Counted from the first letter of the stretch, positions 19,038 through 36,668 are shown. The stretch: DNA of 64,000 nucleotides from an uncultured Solirubrobacterales bacterium (GCA_963712595.1 CAVQIM010000003.1:17662-81661), one strand, 5' to 3'. Made by a program: numbers and translations. Notes: generated by a model from the sequence alone, not told the origin.

Positions 19038-20222
19038 CTACTCGACGATCTCCGCGACGACTCCGGAGCCGACCGTCCGGCCACCCTCGCGGATGGCGAA
19101 GCGCAGGCCCTGGTCCATCGCGATCGGCTGGATCAGCTCGATCGTCATCTCGACGTTGTCTCCGGGCATCACCATCTCGGTCCCCTCGGGGAGGTTGGCG
19201 ATCCCGGTCACGTCAGTGGTGCGGAAGTAGAACTGGGGCCGGTAGCCGGAGAAGAACGGAGTGTGGCGACCACCCTCCTCCTTCTTCAGGCAGTAGACCT
19301 CCGCTTTGAACTTGGTGTGCGGCGTGATCGAGCCCGGCTTGCAGAGCACCTGGCCACGCTCGATCTCCTCGCGCTTAGTGCCGCGCAGGAGGGCGCCGAT
19401 ATTGTCGCCGGCCTGTCCCTGGTCGAGCAGCTTGCGGAACATCTCGACCCCGGTGACGACCGTCGTGGTCGTGTCCTTGATCCCGACGATCTCGACCTCG
19501 TCGCCGGTGTTGACGATTCCCTGCTCGACGCGACCGGTGGCGACGGTGCCGCGGCCGGTGATCGAGAAGATGTCCTCGATCGGCATCAGGAAGGGCTTGT
19601 CGAGCTCGCGCACGGGCTCGGGGATGTAGGAGTCGAGGGCGTCGGCCAGTTCGAAGACCGCTTTCTGCGCCTCTTCGTCGCCTTCGAGCGCCTTCAGCGC
19701 CGAGCCCTTGATGATCGGCGTCTCGTCGCCGGGGAAGTCGTACTCGTCGAGAAGTTCCTTGACCTCCTCCTCGACCAGCTCGATCAGTTCCTCGTCGTCG
19801 ACCTGGTCGACCTTGTTGAGGAAGACGACCACGTGCGGGACGTTGACCTGGCGGGCGAGCAGGATGTGCTCGCGCGTCTGGGGCATCACGCCGTCGGCAG
19901 CGGAGACGACCAGGATCGCCCCGTCCATCTGGGCGGCGCCCGTGATCATGTTCTTCACGTAGTCGGCGTGGCCCGGGCAGTCGACGTGGGCGTAGTGGCG
20001 GTTGTCGGTCTGGTACTCGACGTGCGAGGTCGCGATCGTGATCCCACGCTCCTTCTCCTCGGGAGCGTTGTCGATCTCGTCGAAGCTTTTCGCTTCGGCG
20101 CCGCCCTTCGTGGAGAGGGTCTTGGTGATCGCGGCCGTCAGCGTCGTCTTGCCGTGGTCGATGTGACCGATCGTGCCGACGTTCACATGCGGCTTATCGC
20201 GCTCGAACTTCTCCTTGGACAT
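19038..20222 (-). CDS. tuf: Elongation factor Tu
   Basis: 394-aa ORF containing [19 protein letters not shown]...DCPGHADY...NKVD. Confidence 0.99.
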   Translation of the reverse strand: MSKEKFERDKPHVNVGTIGHIDHGKTTLTAAITKTLSTKGGAEAKSFDEIDNAPEEKERGITIATSHVEYQTDNRHYAHVDCPGHADYVKNMITGAAQMDGAILVVSAADGVMPQTREHILLARQVNVPHVVVFLNKVDQVDDEELIELVEEEVKELLDEYDFPGDETPIIKGSALKALEGDEEAQKAVFELADALDSYIPEPVRELDKPFLMPIEDIFSITGRGTVATGRVEQGIVNTGDEVEIVGIKDTTTTVVTGVEMFRKLLDQGQAGDNIGALLRGTKREEIERGQVLCKPGSITPHTKFKAEVYCLKKEEGGRHTPFFSGYRPQFYFRTTDVTGIANLPEGTEMVMPGDNVEMTIELIQPIAMDQGLRFAIREGGRTVGSGVVAEIVE

Positions 20223-20364
20223 CTCTCTCCGTTCTACCTTTCGAAGTCGGGTTCTGTCTGAGTTGGCTGATTAAGTTTGCAGATGCTGCTGGGCAGGTGA
20301 ATATCTCCTGCCTGCGGGCGAACCTGGGAAATATAGCTAGAACCTCCGTGCGGCCGGTTCCCGT

Positions 20365-22476
<2,112 letters not shown>

Positions 22477-22554
22477 GGTTCCTAAGGTAAGGGTTTGGTG
22501 GTGAAACGGGGACGGGACAAAAGAAACCGATCTGGCAAAGGCCGGGATCGGCGC

Positions 22555-23502
22555 ATGAAAAAGGCCCTCGCGGGCCCGGCGAAACGAACTTCCAAGCGAA
22601 CTTCGAAGAGACTGCCTGAGCGACGCGCGATGATAGCAGCGGCGCGGCGGCGCATCGGCGCGGCCTTCTCAGCGGCCGCGGTCGCAACCCGCAAGGTCGA
22701 TCGCGCGGTAGCCCGGCGCATCGAGTGGGCGCGGCCGAGGCTCGGCCGAGGCCTGCGGCGGGCGCGGATGGCCGTGTCACGGGCGGCGAAGGCGGTGGGC
22801 AGGCGCCTGCGCCCCGTCGGGGTCCTGGTTCTGCGCGGCTTTTCCAAGGCCGAACGAGCCCTGCGCCGGGCGGGCCTGGCGGCGACTCGGGCCGCAACGC
22901 GCGGCAGCTCGGTGGTGACGCCCCAGCGAGCCGTCTGCGGAGTGATGCTCGCCTCGGCGATCTGCCTCGTCGTCTCCCAGTTCGTCTCCTACCGCGGCGT
23001 CGAGATCGGCCAACCCGCCTACGCGGGCCTGCCGGCGGCGAATCCACCCACGGTCGACGTCAGGACCGCGGGCGAGGCACACTCCTACCTGTTGATCCCG
23101 CTCGCGCTCCTCGCCGCGGGCACCGCGGCGCTGGCGTTGCGCACCGGACGGCGAGGTCTGGGCCGGATCGTCCTCGCCCTCGGCCTGCTCAGCATCGCCG
23201 TGATCCTGTTCGTCGACCTCCCCGCGGGGCTCGACGCGGGCACCCAAACCTCGCGCTTCTCTGGCGCCACTGCCGTGCTCGACGACGGCTTCTACGCGGA
23301 GCTGGCGGCAGCGACGGGACTGGTTCTCGGCGGACTGCTCTACTATGCGCGGCCGTGCCGAATACGAATCAACTTGTCAGGAAGGGTCGCAAGCGCCCGA
23401 AGAAGAAGACGACGACCCCAGGCCTCAAGTCGGGACAGGGTCGCAAGAAGGCCGTCGCCGCGCCGCAGCGGCGCGGCGTCTGCACGCGCGTCGCGACCGT
23501 AA
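22555..23502 (+). CDS. Hypothetical membrane protein with a basic N-terminus and about 4 TM segments; its 3' end overlaps rpsL out of frame
   Basis: Part of track ORF 22495..23502. Hydrophobic segments: [57 protein letters not shown] and [17 protein letters not shown]. The ATG at 22555 is preferred over the TTG at 22495, which lies only 18 nt from the divergent fusA ATG. The last roughly 49 codons are Arg-rich off-frame sequence of rpsL. Confidence 0.45.
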   Translation: MKKALAGPAKRTSKRTSKRLPERRAMIAAARRRIGAAFSAAAVATRKVDRAVARRIEWARPRLGRGLRRARMAVSRAAKAVGRRLRPVGVLVLRGFSKAERALRRAGLAATRAATRGSSVVTPQRAVCGVMLASAICLVVSQFVSYRGVEIGQPAYAGLPAANPPTVDVRTAGEAHSYLLIPLALLAAGTAALALRTGRRGLGRIVLALGLLSIAVILFVDLPAGLDAGTQTSRFSGATAVLDDGFYAELAAATGLVLGGLLYYARPCRIRINLSGRVASARRRRRRPQASSRDRVARRPSPRRSGAASARASRP

Positions 23503-23750
23503 CGCCGAAGAAGCCGAACTCGGCCCTGCGCAAGATCGCCCGTGTGCGCCTCACCAACGGGATGGAGGTCACGACCTACATCCCGGGCGAGGGACACAAC
23601 CTGCAGGAGCACTCGGTGGTCCTGGTTCGCGGTGGTCGCGTCAAGGATCTGCCAGGCGTCCGCTACAAGGTCGTGCGCGGCACGCTCGACGCCGCTGGCG
23701 TCTCCGACCGCAAGCAAGCCCGCTCGCGCTACGGCGTCAAGGCTTCCTAA
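23355..23750 (+). CDS. rpsL: 30S ribosomal protein S12
   Basis: From the GTG at 23355: [18 protein letters not shown]...[69 protein letters not shown]. It appears to carry about 8 extra residues ([11 protein letters not shown]) before the PQRRGVC block. It is on the strand opposite to fusA-tuf. Confidence 0.93.
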   Translation: MPNTNQLVRKGRKRPKKKTTTPGLKSGQGRKKAVAAPQRRGVCTRVATVTPKKPNSALRKIARVRLTNGMEVTTYIPGEGHNLQEHSVVLVRGGRVKDLPGVRYKVVRGTLDAAGVSDRKQARSRYGVKAS

Positions 23751-24220
23751 TGCCGCGCCGGTCCGCCGCACAGATCCGCCCGGTCGAGCCCGACGCTCGT
23801 TTCCGCAATCGGCTCGTCCAGCAGCTGATCAACAAGGTGATGAGCGACGGCAAGAAGCAGCTGGCCGAGCGGATCGTCTACGACGCGCTGGCGATCGTCG
23901 GCGAGCGCTCCGGCGAGGATCCGATCGAGACCCTGGAGGCGGCGATCAAGCAGCTCACGCCGGTGCTCGAGGTGCGCTCCCGCCGCGTCGGCGGCGCCAC
24001 CTACCAGGTGCCGGTCGAGGTTCCCGCCCGCCGCGCCCGCACCCTGGCGATCCGCTGGCTCACCGATTACGCACGCAATCGGCGCGAGTACTCGATGGCC
24101 GAGCGGCTCGCCAGCGAGATCGTCGACGCGACCCAGCAGCAGGGTTCTGCTTGGAAGCGCAAGGACGATATTTACCGCATGGCGCAGGCGAATAAGGCGT
24201 TCGCTCACTACCGCTGGTAA
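23750..24220 (+). CDS. rpsG: 30S ribosomal protein S7
   Basis: 156 aa: [47 protein letters not shown]...AFAHYRW. The ATG overlaps the rpsL stop (TAATG). Confidence 0.96.
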   Translation: MPRRSAAQIRPVEPDARFRNRLVQQLINKVMSDGKKQLAERIVYDALAIVGERSGEDPIETLEAAIKQLTPVLEVRSRRVGGATYQVPVEVPARRARTLAIRWLTDYARNRREYSMAERLASEIVDATQQQGSAWKRKDDIYRMAQANKAFAHYRW

Positions 24221-24311
24221 GACCCGCGGGACCCCTCTCGCCCGGACAAATGCCGGCCTAATGAGGCCGGCATTTTGAGTATCCGCCCGGGCGAGAGGGG
24301 TCCCGCGGGTC
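24221..24311 (+). terminator. Nested hairpin terminator after rpsG
   Basis: The outer arms 24221-24245 (gacccgcgggacccctctcgcccgg) and 24287-24311 are perfectly complementary over 25 bp. The inner hairpin aaatgccggcc/taatga/ggccggcattt (24248-24275) ends in a T run. Confidence 0.8.
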
Positions 24312-24324
24312 TCCGCAAACCGCA

Positions 24325-24816
24325 ATGATCCCCAGCATGAGCCTCCCGATCCTTGCCGTCGACATCGACGGCGTCATCTCGCTGTTTGGAGCTGAGCAGA
24401 AGCCGGATCGCGAATTTACGAAGCTGGAGCTGGTGGATGGGGTGCCGCATTTGATCTCGTTGCCGACGGGGGACCGGCTGCAGCGGCTGAGCGAGCATTT
24501 TGAGCTTGTTTGGGCGAGCGGCTGGGAGGACAAAGCGAACTTCTATCTGCCGGCGTTGTTGGGACTGCCGGACCTGCCGCACGTGACCTTCGACGGCGCG
24601 GTGCGGGCCGGGGCCGCACATTGGAAGCTGGGGCCGCTGGACGAGTACGGGCGCGGCCGGGCGCTGGCCTGGATCGACGACAACTTCGACGAGAGCTGCT
24701 TCGAGTGGGCAGAGGAGCGAGACGAGCCGACGCTGCTCGTGCCAACCGAGACCCACCTCGGCCTCGAGGAGGTCCACGTGGAGGCCTTGCGGCAGTGGGC
24801 AGCCTCTCTACACTGA
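24325..24816 (+). CDS. HAD-superfamily-like small hydrolase (hypothetical)
   Basis: 163-aa ORF. It has a motif I-like LAVDIDGVIS and a late acidic motif AWIDDNFDE. No closer assignment is possible by eye. Confidence 0.6.
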   Translation: MIPSMSLPILAVDIDGVISLFGAEQKPDREFTKLELVDGVPHLISLPTGDRLQRLSEHFELVWASGWEDKANFYLPALLGLPDLPHVTFDGAVRAGAAHWKLGPLDEYGRGRALAWIDDNFDESCFEWAEERDEPTLLVPTETHLGLEEVHVEALRQWAASLH

Positions 24817-24823
24817 GCGAACC

Positions 24824-25162
24824 GTGGAGGGATTCTGGCCAATCTTCTTCCTGCTCGTCGTGCTGAAGATCCCTGTCTTCGCCGCACTCTGGCTTATCTG
24901 GTGGGCGAGCAAGGCCCCAGAGACCGAAGGAGCAGCTGAAGACTCTGATGGTGGCTTCAACCGCTGGCGACCAATCCCGCCACGCCCGCGCGGCCCCCAC
25001 AACAGCCCTCACGGCGGCGCCGTGAGGAGAGGGCGGGGTGCCCCTCCCGGGCAGCAGCGTCCTGGTTTTCGCACTAACCGCTCAGCGAGAGCCACGGCGC
25101 GCCCGGCGAAAACCCCAGCAACAGGGAGGGGCACCCCGCCCTCTCCCCCTCACACCCGCTGA
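24824..25162 (+). CDS. Possible small membrane protein; the C-terminal half is doubtful
   Basis: GTG start 8 nt after the preceding stop. The N-terminal TM segment is FWPIFFLLVVLKIPVFAALWLIWWA. The ORF then reads through repeat A and into the FMO 3' end, so its true extent is unclear. Confidence 0.3.
   Translation: MEGFWPIFFLLVVLKIPVFAALWLIWWASKAPETEGAAEDSDGGFNRWRPIPPRPRGPHNSPHGGAVRRGRGAPPGQQRPGFRTNRSARATARPAKTPATGRGTPPSPPHTR
25026..25146 (+). repeat. Structured intergenic element, family-2 copy A: a 23-bp perfect outer helix enclosing a conserved core
   Basis: 25026-25048 (ggagagggcggggtgcccctccc) is the exact reverse complement of 25124-25146. The inner helix pairs ggttttcgc (25064-72) with gcgaaaacc (25106-14). 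The 33-nt loop actaaccgctcagcgagagccacggcgcgcccg matches copy B at 27 of 33 positions. Confidence 0.8.
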
Positions 25163-26475
25163 GCAGCCTTCTTCCGCTCCCGCCGGAGCTCTCGCAGGTA
25201 AGGCTGAAAGTCCACCTGGATCGTGTGACGCTTGGACGCCACGTAGCGCTTGCGCATCCTCCGTTCGGCCTCGGCGATATCGCCTCGCATCTCGGTCGGT
25301 GAAGGCAGCGTCCCGCGCCCTCCGAGCAGGTCCGCGACCCACTCCGACTGCGCCTCCGCGAGTGGCATGATCGCGCCGAGCGGCTGGATCAGGCCGATGA
25401 AGTAGAGCCCCGGGTGCTCCACCGAGACCACCCGGCGGTAGAGCGGCATACGGTTGTCGGCGACGGAGACGACCTTCTCGTCGAAGAAGGGGAAGGTGAT
25501 CTTGTAGCCGGTGCAGTAGACGACGAGGTCGATCTCCTCCTCGCTGCCGTCGACGAAGCGAACCGTCCGTCCGCCGATGAAGCGATCGATGTTGGCCTTG
25601 ACCTCGATGTCGCCGTGGCCGAGCCGCGAGAGCAGCTCGGCGGAGACGGTCGGGTGCGCCTCGAGCAGCTTGTGATCGGGCTTTGGCAGCCCGTAGGCCG
25701 TCATGTCGCCGGCGGTCATCCCCAGCATCCGCCCCAGCACGAAGCGCTGCACCGAAAGCGGCATCAGGGTCAACAGCTTCGACGCCGCTTCGTCGGTCGG
25801 TTTGCCGTTCAGGTACTTCGGCATCACGTAAGCGCCCCGCCGCATCGCCAGGAAGGTCTTCTCGGCGATGCGCGAAGCCTCAACCGCGATGTCGGTGGCC
25901 GAGTTGCCGATTCCCAGCACCAGCACCCGCTTGCCACGCAGCACCTCGGGCTCGCGGTAGTGGTGCACGTGGATCTGCTCTCCCTCGAACTCATCCGACC
26001 CGGGAAAAGGGGGCTCGGGCCAGCGTGGATCCCAGTGGTGCCCATTCGCAACGAGCACCGCCCGGTAGCGATGCGTCGCGCGCTCCCCACCCGGACCCTG
26101 CGTCGTGACCTCCCACTCGCCTTCGACCGGCTCGACCCCGGCCACCTCGGTCTCAAACCGGATCTTCTCCCGCAATCCGAAGTGATCCACGTAGTCGTCG
26201 AAATACCTTGCGATCTGAAAGTGATTCGGGTAGTCCGGGTAATCCTCCGGCATCGGATACGTCTTGTAAGCCATCAACCCCCGCGACGTATTGATGTGCA
26301 GCGACCGGTAGGCCGACGACATCCCGTTGTCGTTTTCGTAGCGCCAGTTCCCCCCAACCTCGGACCCCTTCTCGAAGCAGTCAAAGGCGAGGCCCCGAGC
26401 ATTGAGCACCTGGCATGCCGCAATCCCGGAGCTTCCCGCCCCAATCACGCAAATCTTCTGAGCAGCAGAGGACAT
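25150..26475 (-). CDS. Flavin-containing monooxygenase (FMO / Baeyer-Villiger type, NAD(P)-binding)
   Basis: 441-aa ORF. It has the FAD motif ICVIGAGSSGIAA, the FMO-type motif GGNWRY, and a second dinucleotide motif VLVLGIGNSATDIA. Confidence 0.88.
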   Translation of the reverse strand: MSSAAQKICVIGAGSSGIAACQVLNARGLAFDCFEKGSEVGGNWRYENDNGMSSAYRSLHINTSRGLMAYKTYPMPEDYPDYPNHFQIARYFDDYVDHFGLREKIRFETEVAGVEPVEGEWEVTTQGPGGERATHRYRAVLVANGHHWDPRWPEPPFPGSDEFEGEQIHVHHYREPEVLRGKRVLVLGIGNSATDIAVEASRIAEKTFLAMRRGAYVMPKYLNGKPTDEAASKLLTLMPLSVQRFVLGRMLGMTAGDMTAYGLPKPDHKLLEAHPTVSAELLSRLGHGDIEVKANIDRFIGGRTVRFVDGSEEEIDLVVYCTGYKITFPFFDEKVVSVADNRMPLYRRVVSVEHPGLYFIGLIQPLGAIMPLAEAQSEWVADLLGGRGTLPSPTEMRGDIAEAERRMRKRYVASKRHTIQVDFQPYLRELRRERKKAAQRV

Positions 26476-26537
26476 AGGCGCGGCTCAAATCTATCCGGGC
26501 AGGACTCTAGTTGGCTGCACGGCCAGGGTCCCTCTGA

Positions 26538-26655
26538 GAGCCGGTCGGGGGTCTCTCCGGACGGCGGCGGTCTCTTTTTCGCACTAGCTACTCAACGAAA
26601 GCCACGACGCGCCCGGCGAAAAAGGCAGCCGGCCGGAGAGACCCCCGACCGGCTC
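26538..26655 (+). repeat. Structured intergenic element, family-2 copy B
   Basis: 26538-26560 (gagccggtcgggggtctctccgg) is the exact reverse complement of 26633-26655. The inner helix pairs ctttttcgc (26574-82) with gcgaaaaag (26616-24). The 33-nt loop is actagctactcaacgaaagccacgacgcgcccg. Confidence 0.8.
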
Positions 26656-26666
26656 ATCCACGCCCA

Positions 26667-26686
26667 GGGGTGAACAGGTTCACCCC
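26667..26686. promoter_or_regulatory. Palindrome in a divergent promoter region (candidate operator)
   Basis: ggggtgaac-ag-gttcacccc, with 9-bp perfect arms. It lies 78 nt upstream of the ATG at 26764. Confidence 0.3.
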
Positions 26687-26763
26687 AAGGGTCCGTAGAG
26701 AGCGGGGCCGTTCCATTCGAAGCTGGATCCATCGGGATTTGAAACCAACGAAAGGAGCCCCCG

Positions 26764-27411
26764 ATGACCAGCAAGACCCGCACATTCCGCCCCTCCCCCG
26801 CCCTCGTGATCAGCTGCATCGCGCTGTTCATAGCCTTGACCGGCAGCGCCCTCGCGGTCGGCGTCGGCAAGAACACCGTCCGCTCGCCGCAGATCGTCGA
26901 CGGCACGGTCCGCACCGTGGACCTCCGCGACAACTCGGTCGCCGCCGGCAAGGTCGCCCCCGACGCGATCGACACCACGGAGATCGCAGAAAACGGCGTC
27001 GAATCCAGCGACGTCGCACCGGAGACGCTCACCGCTAACGACCTGGGCGCCGCCTCGGTCACCTCCTCGGAGGTCGCCGACCAGTCGCTCACCGCCGACG
27101 ACCTCGGCCCCGACTCAGTCGGTTCGAGCGAGCTCCAGGCCGGGGCGGTCCGCGCCTCTGAGCTCGGCACGATCATCCAGGCCTCCAACGACGCACCGAT
27201 CAAAGGTGGAGCCAACGCCAGCGTCTCGGTCCAGTGCCCGGCCGGCACGACAGTGATCAGCGGCGGCGCCCGCTCCGGCTTCTACCAAGTCCACGTCGCC
27301 TCCTCCTACCGGACGGGCAACGGCTGGAACGTAGACGCCCGCAGCGGCGCCGTAGGCGACACCACCATCACCGCCTACGCCTACTGCCTGACCGGAGGCA
27401 GCAGCAACTAG
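26764..27411 (+). CDS. Membrane-anchored or secreted protein with about 11-residue periodic repeats and a Cys-containing C-terminal domain (hypothetical)
   Basis: 215-aa ORF with SD gaaaggag. N-terminal TM/signal ALVISCIALFIALTGSALAV. Repeats: IVDGTVRTVDL / RDNSVAAGKVA / PDAIDTTEIAE / NGVESSDVAPE / TLTANDLGAAS and further units. The C-terminal domain runs VQCPAGTTVISGG...AYAYCL. Confidence 0.7.
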   Translation: MTSKTRTFRPSPALVISCIALFIALTGSALAVGVGKNTVRSPQIVDGTVRTVDLRDNSVAAGKVAPDAIDTTEIAENGVESSDVAPETLTANDLGAASVTSSEVADQSLTADDLGPDSVGSSELQAGAVRASELGTIIQASNDAPIKGGANASVSVQCPAGTTVISGGARSGFYQVHVASSYRTGNGWNVDARSGAVGDTTITAYAYCLTGGSSN

Positions 27412-27439
27412 GGAGCTAGAAAGCGATTCAAAGCGTAAA

Positions 27440-27481
27440 GGCGGCCGGGGCAGACAAAAGACTCCCCGGCCGCCCGCTTTT
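27440..27481 (+). terminator. Intrinsic terminator after the repeat-protein gene
   Basis: An 11-bp stem pairs ggcggccgggg (27440-50) with ccccggccgcc (27464-74). The loop is 13 nt, followed by cgcTTTT. Confidence 0.75.
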
Positions 27482-27584
27482 CGACCCGCCGATCCTCTCC
27501 CGTCCAACCCGTCCTGGCAAGAGCCAGTCCGGTACTTCCCAAGTCCCTCGACCCACAACAGCTAAACCGAAAGAGGGGTTGCTC

Positions 27585-27665
27585 GAAGGGCCCGGGGACC
27601 TCTTCATCGGAACTTGTGAGCCCCCGCCAGGGGGCGGGTTCCGACGAAGAGGTCCCCGGGCCCTT

Positions 27666-27666
<1 letters not shown>
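27585..27666 (-). terminator. Long nested hairpin at the rpoC 3' end
   Basis: 27585-27613 and 27638-27666 are complementary at 28 of 29 positions. The inner hairpin is cccgcc/aggg/ggcggg. The right arm begins on the first base of the rpoC stop codon complement. Confidence 0.7.
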
Positions 27667-35299
<7,633 letters not shown>

Positions 35300-35405
35300 A
35301 GTCGGCGACTCCTCAGAAGGTCAGAGGGACGTTAGGTACAGCGCAGATATAGGCAGGGGAACACAACTGGCGCGCGACCGCGAAAAATAACACACGGCCG
35401 CGCTC

Positions 35406-35447
35406 GACCGCGAATTTGGCTCCCTGCCTGGGATTCCAATCGCGGTC
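35406..35447 (-). terminator. Hairpin in the rplL-rpoB spacer (candidate attenuator)
   Basis: gaccgcga(a)tt(t)gg at 35406-19 pairs with ccaatcgcggtc at 35436-47, 10 nt downstream of the rplL stop. An rplL-rpoB attenuator is known in other bacteria. Confidence 0.4.
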
Positions 35448-35456
35448 TGTGCGGCT

Positions 35457-35852
35457 TTACTTGAGCTCGACGGTGGCGCCGGCCTCCTCGAGTTCGGCCT
35501 TCAGCTTGTCGGCCTCCTCGCGCTCGACACCCTCCTTGATCGCCTTCGGCGCCTCGTCGACGATCGCCTTGGCCTCTTTCAGGCCGAGTCCGGTGGCGGC
35601 GCGCACGACCTTGATCACGGGCACCTTCTGGCCGCCCACCTCGGTGAGGACGACGTCGACGGTCGAGGCCTCTTCGCCACCGCCGTCACCGTCTCCCGCG
35701 GGAGCGCCCGCAGCGGCGGGGGCAGCGGCGGCGACGGCCGTCGCCGAAACCCCGAACTCCTCCTCGAGCGCTTTGATCCGCTCGGAGAGCTCGAGCACCG
35801 AGATGCTCTTCAGCTCCTCGATCCAATCCTCTGTCGAAATCTTGGTTGCCAT
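35457..35852 (-). CDS. rplL: 50S ribosomal protein L7/L12
   Basis: 131-aa ORF with an Ala/Gly/Pro hinge. The C-terminal domain contains [34 protein letters not shown]. Confidence 0.97.
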   Translation of the reverse strand: MATKISTEDWIEELKSISVLELSERIKALEEEFGVSATAVAAAAPAAAGAPAGDGDGGGEEASTVDVVLTEVGGQKVPVIKVVRAATGLGLKEAKAIVDEAPKAIKEGVEREEADKLKAELEEAGATVELK

Positions 35853-36668
35853 CTACTCCTCTTCCTTGCTCGCGTCGTCGTCGTTAGAAGTCGTGTCCTG
35901 GTCAGAAGTCTCTTGCTCCTCCGCAGCCGCCTCGGGCTCCGGATCGGCTTTCTCGGCCTCGGGCTCGGGCTCTGCTTTCTCGGCCTCGGGCTCGGCCGCT
36001 CCCTCGCTCTCCGTCTGAGCCTCGTCCGCATCTTCCGCGGGTGGCGTGGAGGTGGGCCCATCGTCCGTAGCCTGCGAGGACGAGGGGTCCTCCTCCGCGA
36101 CAGGACCCGCGGTCGATTCGTCTGAACCCTCAGCCGAGGGAGCCTCACCCGAAACGAGCCCCTTCTCGGCAATCTGCCCGAGCTGCAGCGCGAGCCCCTG
36201 GATCATCGAGCCGAGGCCGCGCACGAGGCCGGTCACCGGGCTGGCGACGACGCCGGCGAACTGGCCGTACAGCACGTCGCGCGAGGGCAGCCTGGCAATT
36301 GACTTGAAGCGATCCTCGTCGAGGCTGAGCCCTTCCATGAAGCCGCCCTTGAAGGTGAGCACGTCGTGCTCTTTGTTGAAGGTCGAGATCGCCTTCGCCG
36401 CCTGCGCGGTATCGCCGCGAACGAAGGCGAGCGCGGTCGGGCCCTGCAGCCACTCCGCCAGGCGCTCCTCGCCGGCCTTGTCGGCGGCGAGTTTCGTCAG
36501 CCGGTTCTTGACGATGCGGAAGCTGGCGTCGGCTTCGCGCAGTTTGCCGCGAAGCTCGGCAGCCTGGGGGACGCTGATGCCCCGGTAGTCGACCGCGAAG
36601 ATCGCCTCAGACGCCTCGATCTGGGCGGCGATCTCCTCAATGGCTTGTGCCTTCTCGTCTCGGTTCAT
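35853..36668 (-). CDS. rplJ: 50S ribosomal protein L10 with a roughly 100-aa acidic C-terminal tail
   Basis: 271-aa ORF. The L10 core runs MNRDEKAQAIEEIAAQIEASEAIFAVDYRGISVPQAAELRGKLRE.... The tail begins SGEAPSAEGSDESTAG and ends DDDASKEEE. The stop TAG abuts the rplL ATG (TAGATG). Confidence 0.93.
   Translation of the reverse strand: MNRDEKAQAIEEIAAQIEASEAIFAVDYRGISVPQAAELRGKLREADASFRIVKNRLTKLAADKAGEERLAEWLQGPTALAFVRGDTAQAAKAISTFNKEHDVLTFKGGFMEGLSLDEDRFKSIARLPSRDVLYGQFAGVVASPVTGLVRGLGSMIQGLALQLGQIAEKGLVSGEAPSAEGSDESTAGPVAEEDPSSSQATDDGPTSTPPAEDADEAQTESEGAAEPEAEKAEPEPEAEKADPEPEAAAEEQETSDQDTTSNDDDASKEEE

Noticed and set aside
22495-22554. The TTG at 22495 as the start of the membrane-protein ORF.
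   Set aside because: It lies only 18 nt from the divergent fusA ATG and has no SD. The ATG at 22555 is more plausible, although still unproven.
25026-26655. The FMO gene as an integron cassette, with repeats A and B as attC sites.
   Set aside because: There are no RYYYAAC / GTTRRRY core sites at the arm ends. The conserved part is the interior, not the termini. No integrase is nearby.
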